64,000 nucleotides of DNA from a virus (IMGVR_UViG_3300021431_000113:12167-76166); one strand, 5' to 3'; positions 8,312-14,820 are shown, numbered from the stretch's first letter. Notes: a model not told the origin generated them from the sequence alone. Program-made: numbers and translations.

Positions 8312-8491
8312 TTAAGGTTTAAGTGCATAGCCACCTGTTTTTCTCCAGAAGTTAATCAACTTTTCATTAGCCTTGTCTGCAACTTCATCAACCATTGGAA
8401 CATACTTTACTTCATTGATACCAACCGCCTTAGCTTCCTTGTAGTTTGCAGTTTCCTTATTATCTCTTGTTACATAAACGACCTTGTTCAT
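8312..8491 (-). CDS. 59-aa protein (missed by ORF track)
   Basis: MNKVVYVTRDNKETANYKEAKAVGINEVKYVPMVDEVADKANEKLINFWRKTGGYALKP; RBS GAAAGAGAGG and promoter. Confidence 0.75.
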   Translation of the reverse strand: MNKVVYVTRDNKETANYKEAKAVGINEVKYVPMVDEVADKANEKLINFWRKTGGYALKP

Positions 8492-8533
8492 AGTGATTAC
8501 CTCTCTTTCATTTTCTATATTTATTATACCATG

Positions 8534-8761
8534 CTAAATGGTGTTTGTCAAGGGGTTTTTTATGTTTTTAACAAATTTTTCCCTCATTATTTCATCCCAC
8601 CACTTGCCAAGTTCATCATTATTTTCATAAAAACCCGAACCCATGACAAGCGCATAACAATAGGTATAGTAAAATTCAAAGTTTGATTTATTCTTTGTTT
8701 TTACGCAATACTCAAAATCTTTTTCAATTTCTTTCTTAATTCTCTCTTGTGTATTAGACAT
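8534..8761 (-). CDS. Hypothetical early protein
   Basis: Start re-assigned to MSNTQERIK, overlapping the upstream stop. Confidence 0.65.
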   Translation of the reverse strand: MSNTQERIKKEIEKDFEYCVKTKNKSNFEFYYTYCYALVMGSGFYENNDELGKWWDEIMREKFVKNIKNPLTNTI

Positions 8762-8954
8762 TTTTAACCACCAAAACCCTTTCTTCAAGACCATCGTTGC
8801 TCTTGATATACATTTCAAATGTATCTTCAAAAACCTGACCAAGTTTCATGTTGATAACTTGTGGGCTGTTCTCCATCATCTCGAAGAAAAGCCTTGCAGT
8901 CATGAAAGTGTTATTATTTGCTTTTAACCAATTTTTAATTTCCCAAGTATACAT
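8754..8954 (-). CDS. Hypothetical early protein
   Basis: ORF with RBS AAAGGAG and promoter. Confidence 0.75.
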   Translation of the reverse strand: MYTWEIKNWLKANNNTFMTARLFFEMMENSPQVINMKLGQVFEDTFEMYIKSNDGLEERVLVVKNV

Positions 8955-8984
8955 AAGCTTTTCTCCTTTCCTTTTTGTAATTAA

Positions 8985-9080
8985 ATTATAGCAAAATTTA
9001 TTAAAAATGTCAAGTATACAAATTGCACAAAATTAGCGGGTGCGGTTTGTGCAATTTTTTGTGCCGGCGCCAAAATTTTC
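8985..9080. promoter_or_regulatory. Dyad/promoter module copy D (no complete rightward promoter)
   Basis: Leftward -35 at 9008-9013, TTGCACAA-N16-TTGTGCAA (9023-9054), GCCGGC (9063). Confidence 0.75.
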
Positions 9081-9168
9081 AGTTTGTCAAGTCTTTTTTT
9101 AAAAAAGAAATAGGGCGCCACTTGGGCGCCCATAGGAAAGGAGGATTTTCAATTTTTATCTGTTTGAG

Positions 9169-9259
9169 TAGGGTAGGAAGGAGTTGCACCCCCACCATTT
9201 AATCATGGTTGCTATTTTACACAGCTTTGACTTGCTTTTGGTAAAATTCCATCTACCCC
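9169..9259 (-). tRNA. Degenerate tRNA-Leu(UAA)-like element
   Basis: Acceptor GGGGTAG/CTACCCT plus A73, T arm GGGGG-TGCAACT-CCTTC, long variable arm and anticodon loop TGTAAAA. The D-arm region is abnormal. Confidence 0.4.
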
Positions 9260-9261
9260 TT

Positions 9262-9420
9262 ATTTATCGCCTTTCGCATTAAGAATTTCAAGACGCATCT
9301 TTACTTTTCACTTATCCGAAGATAATTGTCTTTCATTGGACTATCCGAAGAATACCAAAGGGCATAATCTTTTATTTACTATCAACCCCCTAGCCCCATT
9401 GACTAGGGGGAGTAACTTCG
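9262..9420 (-). ncRNA. Structured RNA / 3' UTR with two UUCG hairpins
   Basis: TTATC-TTCG-GATAA, TATTC-TTCG-GATA, CCCCTAG/CTAGGGG and closing TTATGCC/GGCGATAA stems. Confidence 0.4.
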
Positions 9421-9425
9421 CAAGA

Positions 9426-9743
9426 CTATTCAGCCTTGCGATACTTTGGAGCATCTTTAGACTTCTCTCCAGGTATCTTCTCGATACCATCCATAGCTCT
9501 TAAAAGAGCGGCTACCTTGTTAGTTGTAAGACCTACACCATCAGCAATCTGACGAGCAGTCTGTGGCTCTGTACCGAGGTATTCAGCAATCTGAGCCTTG
9601 TATCCCTCATTTTCAACCTGAGCCTTAGTTGGCTTACTTGACTTCTTATCCAGAGAAGCTATAATCTTATCAGCAACCTCTCTCATTTCATCTGTACAAC
9701 CCTCAAGTTCCTTAACTGCTACACAAAATTCTCTCTTTGTCAT
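9426..9743 (-). CDS. Winged-helix DNA-binding protein, paralog of 4236..4589
   Basis: Shared SSKPTKAQ.ENEG.KA and TA..I...VG..TNK..ALLRA motifs; three tandem upstream promoters. Confidence 0.8.
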   Translation of the reverse strand: MTKREFCVAVKELEGCTDEMREVADKIIASLDKKSSKPTKAQVENEGYKAQIAEYLGTEPQTARQIADGVGLTTNKVAALLRAMDGIEKIPGEKSKDAPKYRKAE

Positions 9744-9995
9744 AGATTTGCACCTCTTTCTTTTTTATATTTTTTATTTTTTACAAGTTTATTATAACAA
9801 ATTTTTTAGTGTTTGTCAAGCACTTTTTTAACTTTTTTAGAAAATTTTCAGTACTGTTGGCTGAGAACCGATTTCCTTATTCATTTTCTATATTTATTAT
9901 AGCACTTTTTATTTTATTTGTCAAGCACTTTTTTTAAGGTTTTGAAATTGTTTTCAGCCGCTTGGTCTGTTATCTTTCCTTACCTTGTAAATACA

Positions 9996-10145
9996 TTATA
10001 GCAAAAATTCTTTTGTATGTCAAGCACAAATTTTGGGAAGATCTTTGTGCAATTTGCACAACAAAAAATACTTGACAAAATGGCGCTGGATGTGGTATAA
10101 TGGAATTTTGGCGCGCGGACGAGGTGTGCCGGACGTCCGCGCGCC
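9996..10145. promoter_or_regulatory. Dyad/promoter module copy E
   Basis: Leftward promoter, AAGCACAA-N15-TTGTGCAA plus an extra TTGCACAA, rightward TTGACA(10072)-N18-TATAAT and a 12-bp GC hairpin. Confidence 0.8.
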
Positions 10146-10168
10146 ATTCACAAAAATAAGGGGTATTT

Positions 10169-10393
10169 CTACCCCTCCTCTTCATATGCGGTAACGATTT
10201 TGCCAAACAGAGTACATATCCTCTGCCACTCACTTTCATCATGAGCAATGAACTCATAATCTTCTTCCGTGGCGCAATCAGGCACCCCAACCGCAATCCA
10301 ATCTTCCCACGCAACTTCATCTCCGATTGTATTACATACATAGTCATTCATCTGCTTAAGGAGTTTTATTCTCTCGTCATAGATATTTGCCAT
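10169..10393 (-). CDS. Hypothetical acidic early protein
   Basis: ORF with RBS AAGGGG and promoter. Confidence 0.75.
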   Translation of the reverse strand: MANIYDERIKLLKQMNDYVCNTIGDEVAWEDWIAVGVPDCATEEDYEFIAHDESEWQRICTLFGKIVTAYEEEG

Positions 10394-10438
10394 ATTTTAT
10401 CCCCTTTCTTATTTTCTATACATATTATATCATTATAT

Positions 10439-10618
10439 TTACTTTTTGTCAATAGTTTTTTTCAGAATCTCTTTATAATAATAATCGACTATATCTTTAT
10501 ATGTATATTTACCATCATTATTAAGACTAATATACATAAGTTTTAACATAAGAACCCTATGATCATTTTCACCATATTTCTTTATTGCTTTTGTTATCAT
10601 ACTTGAAATTGGCGGCAT
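10439..10618 (-). CDS. Hypothetical early protein
   Basis: Start re-assigned to MPPISS after RBS GAGGGAG. Confidence 0.6.
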   Translation of the reverse strand: MPPISSMITKAIKKYGENDHRVLMLKLMYISLNNDGKYTYKDIVDYYYKEILKKTIDKK

Positions 10619-10622
10619 ATAA

Positions 10623-10799
10623 TCACTCCCTCTCCCACTCTTCAAAAACTTCTGCATATTCAAGGTCTACGATTTCAACTCGATTTGCCCATTCCATAAA
10701 TTCTTTAAATTTTTCATATGCAGTTGTTATTTCATCTACGTGTTCTGTGTATGTACCTACTGTGCTATATCCTACTACATCATATCCATATCCGTTCAT
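10623..10799 (-). CDS. Hypothetical acidic early protein
   Basis: Start MNGYGYD after RBS GAAAGAGAGG. Confidence 0.75.
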   Translation of the reverse strand: MNGYGYDVVGYSTVGTYTEHVDEITTAYEKFKEFMEWANRVEIVDLEYAEVFEEWERE

Positions 10800-10878
10800 A
10801 TTGTTACCTCTCTTTCCTTTTCTATATATATTATAGCAAATTTTCAAATAATTGTCAAGAATTTTTTTATATTACTTG

Positions 10879-11337
10879 CTAGGCTGTTAACCTAGCAAGT
10901 GTCTTTTCGTTTGTAAATGTTGCACCCTGGTATTTTATCTGATATGCAACTCCATCAACTGTGAGGTCGCCGTCTATAGTGAAAGGAACGCTATCCTTTG
11001 TCCAAGTCTGTCCAACCTTTTCGGTTTCCATTTTCTCATAAACTTCGCCTTTGTTGTAGTGTGTATTTGCTACAGTTTCAAGGAAGAACTTTTCGCTACA
11101 AACAACCTCAGCACCAAGAGCTATAAGGTAAAGTTTCTGTTCATTAGTAGGCTTGAATCTTAATGCATATCCCTGTCCACGGCTAGCCTTGTCAAGCTTG
11201 AGGATATATGGCAGAACCTCTGCATTAGTCTTTACGCTATATACATTACCTTTATAAGCAAAACCAAAGATATATTCATGTGTATATGCAAGCCTATTGT
11301 ATTCGTTGATTAAATGGTTAAATAATGTAGTATTCAT
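10879..11337 (-). CDS. Hypothetical early protein (possible PD-(D/E)xK-like C-terminus)
   Basis: ORF with RBS and promoter; DGDLTVDGVAYQIK resembles a nuclease D...QxK motif (weak). Confidence 0.7.
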   Translation of the reverse strand: MNTTLFNHLINEYNRLAYTHEYIFGFAYKGNVYSVKTNAEVLPYILKLDKASRGQGYALRFKPTNEQKLYLIALGAEVVCSEKFFLETVANTHYNKGEVYEKMETEKVGQTWTKDSVPFTIDGDLTVDGVAYQIKYQGATFTNEKTLARLTA

Positions 11338-11370
11338 AAGGTGTTCCCCTTTCCTTTATCTTATGTACCC

Positions 11371-11566
11371 ATTATACACCCTAAGCCGGCGGTTGTCAAG
11401 CAAAAAATTGCACAAAATGAAAAAAATTTTTTGTGCAAAGTGCTGAATTTCGGGATGACAGAATTTTAACATAAATAACAGAAATTTGCTATTGACAAAC
11501 CTGACTCATGTGTGGTATAATATTGCGGCGCACTGACGAGGAGTGTGATTGTCAGCGCGCCGCCCA
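11371..11566. promoter_or_regulatory. Dyad/promoter module copy F
   Basis: Leftward -35 11394-11399, 8-bp gap, TTGCACAA-N15-TTGTGCAA (11408-11438), rightward TTGACA(11492)-N18-TATAAT and a GC hairpin. Confidence 0.8.
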
Positions 11567-11634
11567 AATAAAAAAGAGCAGAAATACTCTGCTCTTATTA
11601 TACCATAAACGGTTGACTTTGTCAACCCTTATGT

Positions 11635-11905
11635 GGATTTTTTTGAGTGACTGCCAAGTCCAAACCTCTTTCCCGCTCCTCACGGTACTCATCACTCTGA
11701 GGGCTTTGTGCCTACTTATTTCAGTGCTACTGTTCTTCACAACTGCCCCATGTGGGTTACACGGCTGAAGGTGTTCCTCTTGTATTAACGGCTCACTCTT
11801 TAAAGGCTTTACACCTCAACTTGCGAGGATTTATTACCTACCGACCTTTCTGCTTGGAGAGGCTTAATACGCCGTGGGTTTGGTGGGTTTTCCTTCCCTT
11901 ACTGT
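11635..11905 (-). ncRNA. Candidate ~270-nt structured ncRNA
   Basis: Own promoter (11912-11940), no credible ORF. Long-range pairings CACGGC/GCCGTG, GTATTAA/TTAATAC, AAAGG/CCTTT, CCTC/GAGG and GAGTGA/TCACTC. Confidence 0.55.
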
Positions 11906-11911
11906 ATCTTT

Positions 11912-12234
11912 ATTATATCATAGGGGTTGAGGTTTGTCAACCCCCTTTTTTAAAAATCTTTACCTTCATATGAATGTGTTAGACACTTAAAAAATGTTTT
12001 TAAGTTTATAATAAGTTGAAGATTAAGAGCCATTTCAATAGTGTAAACACAATTTGGTTCACAATACCAAGAAGGTAACTGAGGCTTTTTCCCAAAATGA
12101 TAATAAGTAAATTGAGTTTTAGTTGCCATTGTTTCATTGGATATAATCCAAATTGTTTTATATAACATTTTTGTTTCCTCTCTTTTCCTTTTGATGATTT
12201 AATTATATCATAGGGGTTGAGGTTTGTCAACCCC
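11912..12234. repeat. 33-bp identical direct repeats (promoter copies) flanking one gene
   Basis: ATTATATCATAGGGGTTGAGGTTTGTCAACCCC at 11912-11944 and 12202-12234. Confidence 0.9.
11950..12168 (-). CDS. Hypothetical early protein
   Basis: ORF with RBS AAGAGAGG and own promoter. Confidence 0.65.
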   Translation of the reverse strand: MLYKTIWIISNETMATKTQFTYYHFGKKPQLPSWYCEPNCVYTIEMALNLQLIINLKTFFKCLTHSYEGKDF

Positions 12235-12400
12235 TTATCTGAATATTTTTCAAAATTTTTTGAACTTCTTTAAGCTCTTCTTTGGTCATTGCGTATCCTT
12301 CTTCTGCGTAATAGCCAGCGACTATTTGAGTAATAGTATAAGCGTTATCTTTAATTGCTTCCTCGACATCAAACTTAATTGTATTAATTGTATTTTCCAT
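12227..12400 (-). CDS. 57-aa protein (missed by ORF track)
   Basis: MENTINTIKFDVEEAIKDNAYTITQIVAGYYAEEGYAMTKEELKEVQKILKNIQIRG; RBS GAAAGAGAGG. Confidence 0.75.
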   Translation of the reverse strand: MENTINTIKFDVEEAIKDNAYTITQIVAGYYAEEGYAMTKEELKEVQKILKNIQIRG

Positions 12401-12434
12401 TTTCAGTTCCTCTCTTTCTTTATCTTATGTATAC

Positions 12435-12591
12435 ATTATAGCACGTTAAAGCCGGTCTGTCAACTAAAATTTTGCACAATTTGGGAGTTAATTATTTGTG
12501 TAATTTTGCGCGATTTTGTTCTTGACAAGTCCATGGCTCATATGTTATAATTTTTCGGATAGAAATCGGGCGCGCCGATTAAAGCGCGCCC
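12435..12591. promoter_or_regulatory. Dyad/promoter module copy G
   Basis: Leftward -35 12458-12463, 8-bp gap, TTGCACAA-N16-TTGTGTAA (12472-12503), 18-bp gap, TTGACA(12522)-N18-TATAAT and a GC hairpin. Confidence 0.8.
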
Positions 12592-12629
12592 ATAGGAAAG
12601 GAGGATTTTGCAGATTCTAGCTATTTGAT

Positions 12630-12701
12630 TGCGCCGCACGGGAATCGAACCCGCGTTGACTCGATTAAAAGTCGAGTGCATAACCATTCTGCCAACGGCG
12701 C
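12630..12701 (-). tRNA. tRNA-Lys(UUU), CCA not encoded
   Basis: Cloverleaf: acceptor GCGCCGT/GCGGCGC, D arm GCA/TGC, anticodon stem CTCGA/TCGAG with loop CTTTTAA, T arm GCGGG-TTCGATT-CCCGT. Confidence 0.92.
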
Positions 12702-12703
12702 AT

Positions 12704-12907
12704 TTATTCTTTTATGTAAACTTTTCCCTCTGCATTATATCTGCATTTAGGGTGTGTTATCATGAACTCACATCTATTATGGAAGCGCTCGCGCTTAACC
12801 TTGTCATGCTGTTCAATTACTATCATTACTATTGTCATTATTGCAAGTATTCCAAGCAGGATAAATCCGATAATCATTTCGTTCATTTTAAAACCCTCAT
12901 TTCTCAT
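12704..12907 (-). CDS. Small single-TM membrane protein
   Basis: IIGFILLGILAIMTIVMIVI; RBS GAGGG. Confidence 0.7.
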   Translation of the reverse strand: MRNEGFKMNEMIIGFILLGILAIMTIVMIVIEQHDKVKRERFHNRCEFMITHPKCRYNAEGKVYIKE

Positions 12908-12959
12908 TTTCTATATTTATTATAGCAAATTTTTTATTATTTGTCAAGAACTTTTTTTT

Positions 12960-13092
12960 GAGATTTCTCTCTGTAAGGTCTCCGTTGGTAGTTAGCTTCT
13001 TTCTGAATCCGACCCCGTCCAAGCCGAACCCCTACTTTCACTAGCTAGAGCAACTATCTCACTGAAAGGTTTCTGCCTTACTTCCCTTTCTG
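12960..13092 (-). ncRNA. Candidate ~130-nt rod-like RNA
   Basis: Promoter 13100-13128, no start codon after the RBS-like leader. Closing stems GTAAGG/CCTTAC and AGTTGCT/AGCTAACT. Confidence 0.4.
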
Positions 13093-13099
13093 TAATTAT

Positions 13100-13262
13100 A
13101 ATATACCACATCTTCCTACAGAAGTCAAGTAAAATATTGCACAAAATTATAGGATGAAATTTGTACAGTTTGTACAACAAAAAACACTTGACAAATTTGC
13201 CGACCTGTGATATAATGAAATCGCGGCAGGCTCGCGACAAGGACGCCCGCGAGCCTGCCGCC
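13100..13262. promoter_or_regulatory. Dyad/promoter module copy H
   Basis: Leftward -35 13123-13128, 8-bp gap, TTGCACAA-N16-TTGTACAG (13137-13168), TTGACA(13188)-N17-TATAAT, hairpin GCGGCAGGCTCGCG/CGCGAGCCTGCCGC. Confidence 0.8.
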
Positions 13263-13274
13263 AACTAAAAAGGT

Positions 13275-13583
13275 CTAGCAGTAAGCTAGACCCATGTCAC
13301 GCCATCTCAGAACGCTTATCTGATTGCATGCTCTGCCAATTTCCATCGCTTCGCGCTTTGTGTTAACTCTGTGGCTAAGGTCTATATAATAGACACCATC
13401 TGCAAACCAGATTCCGCAGTTTCCGCCATATGCTTTTATCATCTGCATAGCTTCGCGAATATCTGTAGTTTCTTTTCCCTCTGTTGCTACTTGCCAACCG
13501 GTTTTATATACTATAGGCTTGCCATTTTTAAGAGTAAGTCCACCATTGTTTGTTATCTTTTTAAGTGTTCTTATATTTATCAT
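13275..13583 (-). CDS. Hypothetical early protein
   Basis: ORF with RBS GAAAGAGAGG and promoter. Confidence 0.8.
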   Translation of the reverse strand: MINIRTLKKITNNGGLTLKNGKPIVYKTGWQVATEGKETTDIREAMQMIKAYGGNCGIWFADGVYYIDLSHRVNTKREAMEIGRACNQISVLRWRDMGLAYC

Positions 13584-13674
13584 TTTGAGTTCCTCTCTTT
13601 CCTTTATCTTATGTATACATTATAGCATTTTTGATCCGGTTTGTCAACACTTTTTTTAAATATTTCTTTGAGGT

Positions 13675-13842
13675 TTAACCCTCAAAGAAATATTGATTTT
13701 CTGCGTTCATGATAATAATTTCTCTAATGTTGAAAAGTGCTTTTTCTTTTCTGTAAAAGTCAAATACTGCGCAAGCCTGATGTCTATTTGTTGTTGCAAG
13801 TATTGTATCTCCATTGATTATTACTTCATAAGTTCCGTTCAT
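13675..13842 (-). CDS. Hypothetical early protein
   Basis: Start re-assigned to MNGTYEV after RBS GGGTGG. Confidence 0.65.
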   Translation of the reverse strand: MNGTYEVIINGDTILATTNRHQACAVFDFYRKEKALFNIREIIIMNAENQYFFEG

Positions 13843-13894
13843 GTTATCCACCCTATCCCCTCTTTTAGGGGTTCCTTTCCTTTTTTCTGATTTA

Positions 13895-14022
13895 ATAATA
13901 TCATTTTTTCTAGTATTTGTCAAGCAAAATTTTGCACAAAAAACACAAATTTTATGAATTTATTTTTGTGCAATTTTTTATCATTTTTCTACTTGACAAA
14001 TGCCGTTCTCATGTGGTATAAT
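13895..14022. promoter_or_regulatory. Dyad/promoter module copy I
   Basis: Leftward -35 13918-13923, 8-bp gap, TTGCACAA (13932) ... TTGTGCAA (13966-13973), 19-bp gap, TTGACA(13993)-N18-TATAAT. Confidence 0.75.
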
Positions 14023-14103
14023 ATTTCGACACTGAAGCGGAAACGACGCTCTAACCGGTAAAAAGCTTGCCTTGTGGTGATTCAAGGCAAGCTTTCCGCA
14101 TTT

Positions 14104-14355
14104 TTAATATATTTTTATGAAGTTATTTCTGCAAATTCTGTAACCATCTTTATAGTTTCTATCATAAGTTCTAGCTTTTTTCGGTTCGAGTGCAACTTCT
14201 TCATTTGTTATCATGTTGATTATTTTTACTTCATAATTTTCATCTTTATTATTTCTTGCTATCATTCTAGCAATTTCGATGAACTCTTCATTTTCTACTA
14301 TTGTTGTTACTTCTTTAGTTTCTTTATTTATTTTGATTACTTTGTATTTTCTCAT
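14104..14355 (-). CDS. Hypothetical early protein
   Basis: ORF with RBS GAAAGAGAGG and promoter. Confidence 0.7.
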   Translation of the reverse strand: MRKYKVIKINKETKEVTTIVENEEFIEIARMIARNNKDENYEVKIINMITNEEVALEPKKARTYDRNYKDGYRICRNNFIKIY

Positions 14356-14461
14356 TTTGTTTTCCTCTCTTTCCTTTTTCTTGTCTTTATTATAGCATCT
14401 AGAGAGTTAATTGTCAAGCACTTCTTAAAAAATTTTTTTATTTTTTTGTATGTAGTTAGCC

Positions 14462-14626
14462 TTAGTTAACTACATACATTTTATCATTCATGTTATCCTT
14501 TATTGTAACAACTCCGTCAGTAACCTTTGCCATACCTTTAGCTACTTCCATAGCATCATTATAATCGTTATAACTTTCTACCTTAGTTCCCTCTGTTGTT
14601 CTTACTGTTACCATGTATCTTCTCAT
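14462..14626 (-). CDS. 54-aa protein (missed by ORF track)
   Basis: MRRYMVTVRTTEGTKVESYNDYNDAMEVAKGMAKVTDGVVTIKDNMNDKMYVVN; promoter 14677-14705. Confidence 0.7.
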   Translation of the reverse strand: MRRYMVTVRTTEGTKVESYNDYNDAMEVAKGMAKVTDGVVTIKDNMNDKMYVVN

Positions 14627-14820
14627 CCTTGTACACCTTAGCCTTGCCGGTTTCCTTTCCTTTATCTTATGTATACATTATAGCATTTTTTGTCTAATTT
14701 GTCAATAGTTTTTTTATAATAAATTTTTGTTTTTTATATTAAATTTCTGTCTTTTGCAAAAAACAAAACTTTTGCTTTGCATCGCGAAAAACAAAAATTG
14801 TGCAAAAACGCAGATTAGCA

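Noticed and set aside
9970-10347. 125-aa minus-strand ORF, and similar track ORFs at 1187, 1272, 11508, 11552, 11752, 12629 and 12992
   Set aside because: They overlap real genes, tRNA or promoter modules and lack an RBS; treated as shadow ORFs.
11662-11695. Hammerhead ribozyme (GTGATGAGTACCGTGAGGAGCGGGAAA on minus strand)
   Set aside because: The core reads GUGAUGA rather than CUGAUGA, stem II does not close cleanly onto GAAA, and no stem I/III or cleavage triplet could be assigned.
1185-14022. CRISPR or integron interpretation of the dyad repeats
   Set aside because: Copies are dispersed at gene boundaries, only the 8-bp arms are conserved, and no integrase or attC-like bottom-strand structure was recognised in the window.
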